Shown here: in pieces, positions 42,703 to 52,302 of the stretch
How positions within the stretch are numbered: the first letter of the stretch is position 1
Layout of the letters: each line of letters starts with the position of its first letter
Assembly (NCBI GenBank): GCA_963715985.1
Contig: CAVQSP010000004.1
Location: forward strand, 69,843-133,842
DNA: 64,000 nt
Reading direction: 5' to 3'
Source of the DNA: an uncultured Thermoleophilia bacterium
GTDB taxonomy: Bacteria > Actinomycetota > Thermoleophilia > UBA2241
Notes under the pieces: model-generated
Database searches by the model: none
The model's input: the letters and a program-made list of their open reading frames with translations, nothing else
What the model was told of the DNA's origin: nothing
Program-made: the position numbers and the translations under genes

Positions 42703-42820
42703 CGGGCGGGATGCTGTGAGGTGACGGCGTGTAGAGGCTCGGCGTGCGTCGCCGAACGAGGCGCTGCTCCCTCGGCCTTCGATCGAAAGCGGCTACGGCC
42801 CGCGTAAGAGAGTGACTGTC

Positions 42821-43060
42821 ATGAGCCCAGAGATACGAGTGATCACCCATGGCGGTCTCCCGCGTCCTGGGCGGATGGACTCGTCGGAGGGCACGATAGT
42901 CGTGGGCCTCGGCGCGACGCTGGCGGATGTCCTGAGATCGCTCGGGATCGACACGGGCCTGGTGGGAGTAGCCGCCATGGACGGCAGGATCGTCGAGCTG
43001 GATGCCGTTCTGAAGAGTGATGGTGTCATCCACGTCTATCCGATCTTCGGTGGAGGGTGA
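42821..43060 (+). CDS. MoaD/ThiS-family sulfur carrier, copy 3
   Basis: Ends YPIFGGG; close paralog of 23459..23698. Confidence 0.82.
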   Translation: MSPEIRVITHGGLPRPGRMDSSEGTIVVGLGATLADVLRSLGIDTGLVGVAAMDGRIVELDAVLKSDGVIHVYPIFGGG

Positions 43061-43097
43061 GAGCCCACCACCAGTCGAGTGTCATGGAGAGGTGTTC

Positions 43098-45005
43098 TTG
43101 CTGTCTGCTCGAGAACCAGTAGGGGTGTTCGGCAAGACCGTCTGGGTCGACCTCACTTCGGGCTTGGTCCGCGATGTCGAGGAGACACCGGAGCACCATC
43201 GGCGCTTCCTTGGCGGTGCGGGGGCCGCGGTCCACAAGCTCTTGCGACATCTGCGGCCGGGCACGGATGCGCTTGCCCCGGGGAACGTCCTCGTTTTCGC
43301 GCCGGGTCTACTCGCGGGGACGCTGAGTCCGGCAACGCCGCGATATGTGGCCTGTGCACGCTCGCCTCTTACCGGGGCGCTGGGCAAGTCCGAGTCCAGC
43401 GGCTACTGGGGACCAGAGCTGAAGCACGCCGGCGTTGGCGTGCTCGTCGTGACCGGCCGGGCGGCTGAGCCGTCCTACCTCCTCGTTACGGTCGATGGGG
43501 TCGAGATACGCGATGCTTCGCGAGCTTGGGGCCTTCCCACGGGAGAGGCAGAGGACATCATCCGGGAGGAAGTCGGGGATCCGCGAGTGCGCGTCGCGAT
43601 CATCGGACCGGGAGGCGAGAACTGCGTCCGCTACGCCGGCATCGCCAGCGATCTCACCCACTTCAACGGCCGGAACGGCCTCGGTGCGGTGATGGGTTCG
43701 AAGAACCTGAAGGCCGTTGCCGTTCGTGGGGGCTCGCGACTCGAGGTCCACGACCGAGAGCGCATCAAGGGAATAGCTCGGTCGACGGCACGCCTGTGTC
43801 GGGAGCATCCGCTCAGTAGCATGCTCCACAAGAACGGCACGCCCGCGGGCGTGGAGATCACCAACGCCGGAGGCTCTCTCGCGACCCGCAACTGGCAGAA
43901 TGCGACGTTCGAGGCGGCTGACAAGACCGGCGGCGACGTCCTCAATGGACAGTACCTCGTCAAGCGTGATGGGTGTTTCGCGTGTCCGGTCCAGTGCAAA
44001 CGGGTGGTCGCCGTCGACAGCGAGAACGTCCACGTCGACGAGCGTTACGGCGGGCCCGAGTACGAGACGCTGGTGGCCTTCGGGTCCAACTGCGGCGTAG
44101 CTGACTTCGAGCTTGTCGCCAAGGCCAACGAGCTCTGCAACATGTTCACTCTGGACACCATCTCGACCGGGATGAGCATCTCGTTCGCGATGGCCTGCTT
44201 TGAAGCGGGCATCATTGGGCGCGAAGACACGGGCGGCCTTGACGTGCGCTTCGGGGACGGCGACGTGATGCTCTCCCTGATCGACCAGATCGCCCATCGG
44301 CAGGGCTTCGGGGACCTCCTGGCCGAGGGCACCGTGCGCGCGGCCGAAACCATCGGCCGCGGCGCCGACGCGCACGTCTTGGCCGTCAAGGGGCAGGAGC
44401 TGCCCTTCCAGGATCCCCGGGTGAAGACCGGCTTGGGCTTGCAGTTCGCCTTGGCTCCGAACGGCGCAGACCACTGGTTTGCGCAGCATGATCCCCTGTA
44501 CGGCACGGAAGAGAGTCCCGGAGTGGCTGCGCTTGCCCCCATCGGGATACTGAGTCCGGTGTCGCCCCTCGACCTCGGTCCGGCGAAAGTGCGTGCCATC
44601 AGGCAGACCAGCGTCTTGAACAGCCTGTACGACTGTCTCGGTGTCTGCGTCTTCGGAGCGGTCGCGCGGAGCATGACGAGCATCAACAGTTACGTTGATC
44701 TCGTCTCGGCGGCGACGGGGTGGGAGACGAGTCTGTGGGAGCTGATGCAAGCGGGCGAACGCGCCTTGGCCATGTCCCGGATCTTCACTGTGCGCGAAGG
44801 ATTCGGTCCGAGTGCCGACACTCTGCCCCCCCTGTTCTTCACGCCGTTCGCCGATGGTCCCCTGGCCGGCCAGAACGCTCTTGATCCAGACGAGTTCGCG
44901 GAGGCCGTTCGCCTCTACTACGGGATGTCTGGATGGGATCCGGATTCGGGCCTGCCTACAGCCGGCAAGATGGCCGAGCTCGGCTTGGACGGGGTGTTTG
45001 CGTGA
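43098..45005 (+). CDS. aor: Aldehyde:ferredoxin oxidoreductase family, copy 3
   Basis: Same motifs as copy 1 (CFACPVQC, GPEYE, LDTISTG, DCLGVC); start approximate. Confidence 0.9.
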   Translation: MLSAREPVGVFGKTVWVDLTSGLVRDVEETPEHHRRFLGGAGAAVHKLLRHLRPGTDALAPGNVLVFAPGLLAGTLSPATPRYVACARSPLTGALGKSESSGYWGPELKHAGVGVLVVTGRAAEPSYLLVTVDGVEIRDASRAWGLPTGEAEDIIREEVGDPRVRVAIIGPGGENCVRYAGIASDLTHFNGRNGLGAVMGSKNLKAVAVRGGSRLEVHDRERIKGIARSTARLCREHPLSSMLHKNGTPAGVEITNAGGSLATRNWQNATFEAADKTGGDVLNGQYLVKRDGCFACPVQCKRVVAVDSENVHVDERYGGPEYETLVAFGSNCGVADFELVAKANELCNMFTLDTISTGMSISFAMACFEAGIIGREDTGGLDVRFGDGDVMLSLIDQIAHRQGFGDLLAEGTVRAAETIGRGADAHVLAVKGQELPFQDPRVKTGLGLQFALAPNGADHWFAQHDPLYGTEESPGVAALAPIGILSPVSPLDLGPAKVRAIRQTSVLNSLYDCLGVCVFGAVARSMTSINSYVDLVSAATGWETSLWELMQAGERALAMSRIFTVREGFGPSADTLPPLFFTPFADGPLAGQNALDPDEFAEAVRLYYGMSGWDPDSGLPTAGKMAELGLDGVFA

Positions 45006-45042
45006 CACGTGAGTCGAGGCATGCTCCTGCAACGGCTGCCGG

Positions 45043-45100
45043 CTCGGCCGCGAGCCCAGCGATGTGTACGACATCGCCGTCTTCGACGAGACCATCACCA
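45043..45100 (+). repeat. Relic copy of a GAPDH internal segment immediately upstream of pgk
   Basis: 45061 GATGTGTACGACATCGCCGTCTTCGACGAGACCATCACCA vs 42511 GACATGTACGACATCGCCGTGTTCGACGAGACCATCGCCA. Confidence 0.75.
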
Positions 45101-45126
45101 CAGAGCACTGACCGGAGGGGGCGGCC

Positions 45127-46398
45127 GTGAAGTACGGCATCAACACGCTCGATGACTTCGCCTGGGGCGGCAGGACCGTGCTGTGCCGCGTGGACATCAA
45201 CGCGCCGCTCGACCCGGCCACGGGCGGGCTGCGCGACATCACGCGGCTCGAAGGCTGCGCGCCCACGGTCCGCGAGCTCGCGGAGGCGGGCGCCCGGGTC
45301 GTGCTGCTCGCCCACCAGGGCGGCGACCTGGAGTACCACAACTACGCCTCCACCGAGCCGCACGCGGCGGTGATGAGCGAGCTCATCGGGCGCCCCGTGC
45401 GGTTCGTCGACGACGTCTGCGGGCCGGCCGCGCGCGACGCGGTCGGCCGGCTCGCCGACGGCGAGGTGCTGCTCCTCGACAACGTGCGCTTCTGCGGCGA
45501 GGAGCTCACGCTCTTCGAGACGAAGCTCAACCTCTCGCCGGAGGACCAGGCGAAGACGCTGGTGGTGCGCAAGCTGGCGCCGCTCGCCGACCTCTACGTC
45601 TGCGACGCCTTCGCCGCCGCGCACCGCTCGCAGCCTACGCTGGTCGGCTTCGAGCAGCTGCTGCCGTCCGCCATGGGCCGGCTCTTCGAGAAGGAGTACG
45701 CCAACCTGGCGCACCTGCGCGAGGACCCGGCCCGGCCCTGCGTCTTCCTGCTCGGCGGCACCAAGATCCAGGAGGCGTTCCCCATGATGGCCGCCGCCCT
45801 GCGCGACGGCGTGGTGGACACGGTGCTCACCGCCGGCCTCGTGGCGAACGTCATGCTGGCCGCGAGCGGCGTGGACATCGGGGCGCCGTCGATGGACTTC
45901 ATCCGCGCCAGCCAGCTCGAGAAGTTCGTGGACGAGTCGAAGGCCATCCTGGCCGAGCACGGGGACAAGGTCGTGCTGCCCGCCGACCTCGCCTTCGTGA
46001 AGGATGGCGCGCGGGTGGAGGTCCCGGTCGTCGACCTGCCGGTGGACGAGCAGCTCGTGGACCTCGGGCGCGCGGCGGTGGCGGAGTACGAGCAGGCCAT
46101 CGCCGCGGCCGGCACGGTCTTCGTCAACGGGCCCGCCGGCGTGTTCGAACAGCCGCAGACCGAGTACGGCACGAAGGCCCTGTGGGAGGCCATGGCCGGC
46201 GCGCCTGCATTCAGCGCCCTCGGCGGTGGCGACAGCGTCGCGGCCATGAACCGCTTCGGGCTGGCCGGACGCTTCGACTACGTGTGCACGGCAGGGGGCG
46301 CCATGGTGCAGTTTCTGAGCGGCAAGCCCATGCCCGTCATCGAGGCGCTCAAGGCGTCGGCCGCGCGGGCGGCTGCCGCGGATGCGGTGAGCTCCTGA
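45127..46398 (+). CDS. pgk: Phosphoglycerate kinase homolog (archaeal-like)
   Basis: CRVDINAP, DITR, AHQG, LLDNVRF, DAFAAAHRS, LGGTK, NGPAGVFE, GGGDS, TAGGA. Confidence 0.88.
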   Translation: MKYGINTLDDFAWGGRTVLCRVDINAPLDPATGGLRDITRLEGCAPTVRELAEAGARVVLLAHQGGDLEYHNYASTEPHAAVMSELIGRPVRFVDDVCGPAARDAVGRLADGEVLLLDNVRFCGEELTLFETKLNLSPEDQAKTLVVRKLAPLADLYVCDAFAAAHRSQPTLVGFEQLLPSAMGRLFEKEYANLAHLREDPARPCVFLLGGTKIQEAFPMMAAALRDGVVDTVLTAGLVANVMLAASGVDIGAPSMDFIRASQLEKFVDESKAILAEHGDKVVLPADLAFVKDGARVEVPVVDLPVDEQLVDLGRAAVAEYEQAIAAAGTVFVNGPAGVFEQPQTEYGTKALWEAMAGAPAFSALGGGDSVAAMNRFGLAGRFDYVCTAGGAMVQFLSGKPMPVIEALKASAARAAAADAVSS

Positions 46399-47030
46399 CG
46401 GGTACCCAGGTCATTCCGGCTCTCCTGCCGCACCGCACGGCGTTCCTCGCCGTGGACCTGCAGAGCTGCTTCGTCGCGGACTCGCCGGTGGCCGCGCCGG
46501 AGGGCCTGGTCGTGCTCGCGCAGGTCAACCGGCTCGCGGCGGCCTGCCGCGAGGCCGGCGTGCTCGTCGTGCACACGCAGTTCGTGCTCGCGCCCGGCGG
46601 CGCGGACCTCGGCGTGCTCGCCTGGACGTCGCCGCCGGCGCGGGACGGTCTCCTCGACCGGGGCGGCCCCGCGGCCGCACTGCACCCGGACCTCGTCGTC
46701 GACCCCGAACGTGACGTGCTCATCGAGAAGCCCCGCTTCGGCGCCTTCTACCGCACGGGGCTGCACGGGCTGTTGCTCGAGCGCGGCATCGACACCGTGG
46801 TCATCGGCGGCCTGCTCACCAACATCTGCTGCGAGACGACGGCGCGAGAGGCCGCGGTGAGGGACTTCGCCGTGTACTTCCTCAGCGACGGCACCGCCAC
46901 CACGGCCATGGGCGGCGCGACCGCCGCCGAGCTGCAGAAAGCCACGCTGGCGACGCTCGGCTTCCTCTTCGCGCGCGTGCTCACGGTGGACGAGACACTC
47001 ACGGCGATCCGCGCCGCGAGGCCGCTGTGA
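46395..47030 (+). CDS. Isochorismatase-family cysteine hydrolase
   Basis: D-K-C triad: VDLQ, EKPRFGAF, TNICCETTAR; start uncertain. Confidence 0.82.
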   Translation: MTGTQVIPALLPHRTAFLAVDLQSCFVADSPVAAPEGLVVLAQVNRLAAACREAGVLVVHTQFVLAPGGADLGVLAWTSPPARDGLLDRGGPAAALHPDLVVDPERDVLIEKPRFGAFYRTGLHGLLLERGIDTVVIGGLLTNICCETTAREAAVRDFAVYFLSDGTATTAMGGATAAELQKATLATLGFLFARVLTVDETLTAIRAARPL

Positions 47031-48340
47031 GCGGCCGCGACGAGGCGGCCGTCTGCGGCCTCGCCTACGGCCACGAGGAGCTGGAGCTCCACGTGCCGCG
47101 CCGCAACCTCGTGGACATCGTGCGGCCGCGGCAGTCTGCACCTGCGCCCGCCTCGGTGGACGAGGAGCTCGCGTTCGTGCGTGCCGCGCTGGCCGCGCCC
47201 GTCGGCACGCCGTCGCTGCGCGAGCTGGCCGCCGGAGCCGGCTCGGCCGCGATCGTGGTCAGCGACGTCACGCGCCCGTGCCCCACGTACAGGTTCCTGC
47301 ACCTCGTGCTCGCCGAGCTGGAGGCCATCGACCCGGCGCGCGTGACCATCCTGTTCGCGCTGGGCAGCCACCGCCTGCACACCGACGAGGAGCGCCGCCG
47401 GCTCGTCGGCGACGCCGTCTTCGAGCGCTACCCGTGCCTCGACCTCGACGAGGATGACTGCGTGCTCGTCGGCCACACCTCCCGCGGCACGCCGCTCGAG
47501 GTCTTCCGGCCCTACGTGGAGGCCGACCTCAGGGTCTGCACCGGCAACCTCGAGTATCACTACTTCGCCGGCTACAGCGGCGGCGCCAAGGCGGTGATGC
47601 CGGGCATCTGCCGGCGCAGCGCCATCCAGCCCAACCACAGCATGATGCTGGAGCCGGCGGCCAGGGCCGGCATCCTGCGCGGCAACCCCGTGCGCGACGA
47701 CATCGACGAGGCCGGCGGCCTGGTGGGCGTGGACTTCATCGTCAACGTGCTGCTCAACGAGAAGAAGCAGATCGTGGACTGCGTGACGGGGCACTACCTG
47801 GAGGCGCACGCCGAGGGCGTGCGCCGCTACGACGAGCTCTTCGACATGCGCATCGACGAGGCCGTGGACGTGGTGGTGGCCTCGCCGGGAGGCAGCCCCA
47901 AGGACATCAACCTGTACCAGGCGCAGAAGACGCTCGACAACGTGGCCGGCGCCGTGCGCGAGGGCGGCACCATCATCCTCGTGGCGCAGTGCGCGGAGGG
48001 CTTCGGCGAGGAGACGTTCGCGGAGTGGATGGGCGACATGGAGAACCCGCGCGCGGTGGTCGCCCGTATCCGCCGCGAGTTCGTGCTCGGCGGCCACAAG
48101 GCGGCGGCCATCGCCGGCCTGCTCACCGCCGCCGACGTGTGCCTCGTCTCCGAGTTCCCCGACGACGTGGTGCGCAGGATGGGCTTCCGGCCGTTCGCCA
48201 CCGTGGACGAGGCCGTGGCCGCGGCGCTCGCGCGGTACGGCGACGGCGCGCGCGTGCTCGTGGTGCCGCACGGCAGCCGGGTGACGGCGCCGCGGGCGGT
48301 GCCGCCGCCTGACGGCCCCGCGGGCGGAGCCGATGCCTGA
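47027..48340 (+). CDS. larA: LarA-family nickel-pincer 2-hydroxy acid racemase/epimerase
   Basis: SDVTRPCP, ALGSHR, HYFAGYSGGAKAVMPG, PKDINLYQAQK, C-terminal VVPHG; GTGA overlap. Confidence 0.87.
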   Translation: MSGRDEAAVCGLAYGHEELELHVPRRNLVDIVRPRQSAPAPASVDEELAFVRAALAAPVGTPSLRELAAGAGSAAIVVSDVTRPCPTYRFLHLVLAELEAIDPARVTILFALGSHRLHTDEERRRLVGDAVFERYPCLDLDEDDCVLVGHTSRGTPLEVFRPYVEADLRVCTGNLEYHYFAGYSGGAKAVMPGICRRSAIQPNHSMMLEPAARAGILRGNPVRDDIDEAGGLVGVDFIVNVLLNEKKQIVDCVTGHYLEAHAEGVRRYDELFDMRIDEAVDVVVASPGGSPKDINLYQAQKTLDNVAGAVREGGTIILVAQCAEGFGEETFAEWMGDMENPRAVVARIRREFVLGGHKAAAIAGLLTAADVCLVSEFPDDVVRRMGFRPFATVDEAVAAALARYGDGARVLVVPHGSRVTAPRAVPPPDGPAGGADA

Positions 48341-48465
48341 CGGCGCCGAACTGCCGGCCTGAGCGCAGGCGCGGTGCCGGCGCCCGAAGCCCACGGGCGC
48401 CGCTCACCGGCCTCGATCGCTGTTGGGGCTGGTCCCGACCCGGCGGATGCGCTACGTTGACCGGC

Positions 48466-48861
48466 ATGAGCATCTTCACGCGCCTCTTCAACCGGTACAG
48501 CGGGTACGACGAGCTGGCGGCTCGCTTCCCCGGCGGACCCGAGCCGCAGGGGGCGCGCTGGGACCGGCAGCACGTGGCCTTCCCCCACTCGATGCGCTAC
48601 CGCTGGTGCGTGACCATCGTCGTGACGCCGGAGGGCCTCTGGCTGCAGGCGCGACCGCCGGCGCAGGGCGTACAGGCCGCCATCATGGTGCCGTGGGCGG
48701 CCATGGTGCGGGTCGAACCGACGCGGCTGTACTGGATGCAGGCGGCGCGGATCACCTGCGGGGAGCCCGCGGTCGGGCGCGTCACGGTGTTGCGGCCCGT
48801 GTGGGAGGCCGCGGCGGTGTACTGGCGGGCGGCGCAGCCGCAGGCAGCCGGGCCGTCCTGA
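48466..48861 (+). CDS. Hypothetical protein
   Basis: Open frame with GC3-biased codons between larA and the YgbA-like gene. Confidence 0.55.
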   Translation: MSIFTRLFNRYSGYDELAARFPGGPEPQGARWDRQHVAFPHSMRYRWCVTIVVTPEGLWLQARPPAQGVQAAIMVPWAAMVRVEPTRLYWMQAARITCGEPAVGRVTVLRPVWEAAAVYWRAAQPQAAGPS

Positions 48862-48905
48862 CTTCAGTCAAGGCGGCGCCCGCGCACCACTGGTATGTGT
48901 AGGTC

Positions 48906-49247
48906 ATGGCCGACCGACGCCCTCCCAGACGGCTCGCGCGCGAACAGCACACCATCGAGGCGATGATCGCCATGTACTGCCACGACCACCACGCCGTGGC
49001 CCGCGGCGACGTGTGCCCTGCGTGTGCCGCGCTGATGGACTACGCGCGCGTGCGGCTCGACACGTGCCGCTACGGCACCGAGAAGCCCACCTGCGCCACC
49101 TGCCCCACGCACTGCTACAAGCCGGTCATGCGCGAGCGCGTGCGCGAGGTGATGCGCTACAGCGGGCCGCGCATGCTCAAGCGTCACCCGGTGCTGGCCG
49201 TCGCGCATCTCGTGGACGGCCGGCGCCCCGCGCCGGACGAAGGCTGA
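48906..49247 (+). CDS. YgbA / nitrous oxide-stimulated promoter family protein
   Basis: REQHTIEAMIAMYC, CPAC, KPTCATCPTHCYKP, VMRYSGPRML..HP. Confidence 0.85.
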   Translation: MADRRPPRRLAREQHTIEAMIAMYCHDHHAVARGDVCPACAALMDYARVRLDTCRYGTEKPTCATCPTHCYKPVMRERVREVMRYSGPRMLKRHPVLAVAHLVDGRRPAPDEG

Positions 49248-49338
49248 GGCGGCGCGGGGGCTCTTCGGGGCGGCCGCGGGATGAGGACGGCGCGGGGTCC
49301 GGCAGGCCGCCGGCCGGCGGCCGCGTGCCCGGCGCCGC

Positions 49339-50463
49339 TCAGACGTCCGCGTCCATCTCGCAGGCGGCGCGCACGACGCCCGCCTGCGCCTCGAGCTCCA
49401 CGGCGCTGAGCTCGTCCTTGCGGACGCGGCCGTACCGCCGCACGTGCAGGAAGTAGGCCACGGCGCCGGTGGGCATGGGGAGCCAGTACGAGGCGAGGCG
49501 GTAGATGAGCGTGGCCAGCAGCGCCTGGTCGGTGCCGATGCCGGCCAGGCCGAGCGTGCCCACCAGCCCGGCCTCCACGAAGCCGAGGCCGCCCGGGCGT
49601 GATGGGGATCATGCCGAGGAAGGCCGCCACGACGTAGGCCAGGAGCACGACCGAGGCGCGCGGCTGCGCGCCCACGGCGGCGAGCGCGATGATCAGCGCC
49701 GTGAGGTCGAGGAGCCAGTTGCCGGCGCTGTACAGCAGCGCCTTCCACCAGCCCGCCCCGAGCACGCGGCGCACCAGGTCGCGCTCGTCCACGAGGTGGG
49801 CCGGGAAGCCGCTCATGGGCGCGCGCTTCTTGAGCAGGCGGTTGTGGACGCGCTGAATGGCCGCGCCCAGCCACTCCAGGGGGCGGTCGGCGAACAGCAG
49901 CACCGCCCCCCCCGCGAGCGCCACGCAACACGCCAGGACGGCGATAGAGCCCACGCGGAACAGGTTGCGCTCCACCGGGGCGCCGGTGACGAGGATGACG
50001 ACGATGCTGATCACAGGGCAGGCCGAGCAGGGTGGAGGTGGAGATGAGCGAGACGGCGGTGACGCTGGTGGCCGCCCGCGTGGTGGCGATGCCTGCCTGC
50101 CTGAGCATGTCGAACTGCATGGCGCCGCCGGCGGCGGCGCCGCCCGGCACGATGCGGCTCACGGCGTTGCCTGCCAGCTGCGCGGTGGCCACGGGGAACC
50201 ACGGCTTGGCGCCCAGAGCCAGGCGCAGCAGCCCCCAGATGCACATGAAGCTGAGCAGCTCCGCCGCGACGATGGGGATGCCCCAGAGCGGGTTGACCGT
50301 GGCCAGCAGCGGCCCGGCCGAGAAGACCTTGGCCAGGCTGGGCCAGACCACGTAGAGGCCGAGCGCCGTCACCCCGAGGAGCACGATGCGCTTGATGATC
50401 GTGTAGCGCCCGCGCGAGCGGACGGCGCGGACCTGGACCCTGAGGCGGCTGATCTGGAGGCAC
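49339..50463 (-). CDS. Lysylphosphatidylglycerol synthase TM / flippase-like membrane protein (frameshifted)
   Basis: GNAVSRIVPGGAAAG, MIPITPG, EAGLVGTL, IYRLASYWLP across frames; directly downstream of cls. Confidence 0.75.
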
Positions 50464-50477
50464 GGCCTCGCCCGGCC

Positions 50478-51938
50478 CTACAGCACGTTCGAGAACAGCC
50501 GGGCGGCCTGGTTGCGGAACTTCTTCAGGCCGCCGAGCGCGAGCACGTCTTCGAGCGTGACCTCGTGGCACTTCTCCATGTCGGCCAGGAAGACGTCGGT
50601 CATCTGCTGCGCGAACGGCTTGTCGAACACCCACATCATGAGCTCCTTGTGGAGCTTGAGGCTGCGCTGGTCCATGTTCATCGTGCCCACGGCGCCCACC
50701 TGGTTGTCCACGACGATCGTCTTGGAGTGGAAGAACCCGGCTTCGTAGAGGTAGACCTTGGCGCCGGCATCGATGAGCTTGGGGAAGTACGTGTGCGCCG
50801 CCCACAGGGCGATCGGCTTGTCGGGGACGCCGGTCATCATGAAGCGCACGTCGATGCCGCTGAGGGCGGCGTTGATCATCACGTCGTAGATGCTGTAGTC
50901 GGGGACGAAGTACGGCGACTGGATCCACACCGACTCCTCGGCCTGGCCGATGGCCACCATGTTGGCGCGGCGGGCCGCGCTCCAGGGGTCTTCGACCCCC
51001 TGCGCGGCGACCTCCACCAGCGTGCTGGTCTCGATGGAGGCCGGGTCGGGCGCCGGCATGTACTCCGCGCCGAAGAGGTTCTCGTGATCGCGCTTGCGCT
51101 CGAACCAGCGGGCCGCGTAGAGCTTCTCCAGGGCGGCCACCGCCTGCCCCGTGAGACGCAGGTGGGTGTCGCGCCACGTGGCGAAGCGCTTGCCGCCGTC
51201 GATGTACTCCTGGCCGACGTTCATGCCGCCCGTATAGCCGATCTCACCGTCGATGACGACGATCTTGCGGTGGTTGCGGTAGTTGATGCGGAAGATGTCG
51301 GTGACGTCGGCGTGCACCTTGGCGCCGGCTTTGGCGAGCCGCTTGAGCTCCCGCTTCTTGAACGAGATGCTGCCCAGCCAGTCGTACATGATGCGCACCT
51401 CGACGCCGGCCTGCATGCGCTCCAGAAGGACGGCGGTGATCTTGGCGGTGAGCTCGTCCTGCTCCCAGATGAAGTACTGCAGGTGGATGAAGCGCTGGGC
51501 GGCGGCCAGATCCTCCAGGAGCTGTGCGAACTTCGCGGCGCCGCTGGTGTAGAGCTTCAGCGAGGTCGCGGGCAGGATGCTGGCCACGTTCTCCGACTGG
51601 ATCGAGCGGGAGATGGGGACGGCCATGGCGTTGTCCCACTCGCGCAGGAACCGGGCTTTCGCCGCCGCGTTGCGCTCGTAGATGGGGGCCATCTGCTCTT
51701 CCTCGATGCGGCGCAACGTCTGGTACCAGCCCTTGCGTCGCGCCACGACCTTCCAGTCGCGTCCGAAGAAGATGTAGAAGAACAAGCCGATCACCGGCAG
51801 GAAGACGAGGATGAAGAGCCAGGCGAGCGTGATGGCCGGTTCGCGGTCGTCCATGATCAGCAGGATCACGACCACGACCCAGTAGATCATGATCACCAGG
51901 TCGAGGGATGCCGGCAGGAGGTCGAGAAGATTGGTCAT
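50478..51938 (-). CDS. cls: Cardiolipin synthase
   Basis: Two HKD motifs (NHRKIVVIDG, FHSKTIVVD), N-terminal TM pair with AWL, WRDTH, SPYFVP. Confidence 0.92.
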   Translation of the reverse strand: MTNLLDLLPASLDLVIMIYWVVVVILLIMDDREPAITLAWLFILVFLPVIGLFFYIFFGRDWKVVARRKGWYQTLRRIEEEQMAPIYERNAAAKARFLREWDNAMAVPISRSIQSENVASILPATSLKLYTSGAAKFAQLLEDLAAAQRFIHLQYFIWEQDELTAKITAVLLERMQAGVEVRIMYDWLGSISFKKRELKRLAKAGAKVHADVTDIFRINYRNHRKIVVIDGEIGYTGGMNVGQEYIDGGKRFATWRDTHLRLTGQAVAALEKLYAARWFERKRDHENLFGAEYMPAPDPASIETSTLVEVAAQGVEDPWSAARRANMVAIGQAEESVWIQSPYFVPDYSIYDVMINAALSGIDVRFMMTGVPDKPIALWAAHTYFPKLIDAGAKVYLYEAGFFHSKTIVVDNQVGAVGTMNMDQRSLKLHKELMMWVFDKPFAQQMTDVFLADMEKCHEVTLEDVLALGGLKKFRNQAARLFSNVL

Positions 51939-52302
51939 GGGCGCACGCTATCCGATGCGGCGGGGTCTGTCATCTGGCCCCCGCCGCCGCCCGGCGGAGT
52001 CAGAGGCCACTGCGCGCGCGCTTGGGCGCGAAGCCGGCGGCCGGCACGTCGGCGCCGAGCACACCCGTGTCGCCGCCGAGCTTGACGAGCTCCCAGCTCC
52101 GCCTGAAACGCCCCATCTCCGGCTCCTTCCCGCGGTACCGTCCGGCGTGGGCGGCCTCCGCCGCTACTATCGGCCTCGCGGGTGCGTGCCTGAAGCACCC
52201 CGCGCGGCTCCCGGCTTTGACGCCGTGCCGCGCAACGGGTAGAACCCGGGCAGGAGCCTTGAGGACGCGCCGGGGCCGGCGCGACGACGAAGGAGCGAGA
52301 GC

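Noticed and set aside
41683-46398. Ordinary glycolytic gap-pgk operon
   Set aside because: Class II rather than bacterial class I GAPDH, no tpi, interrupted by MoaD-AOR, and an altered PGK substrate site; not fully excluded without the rest of the genome
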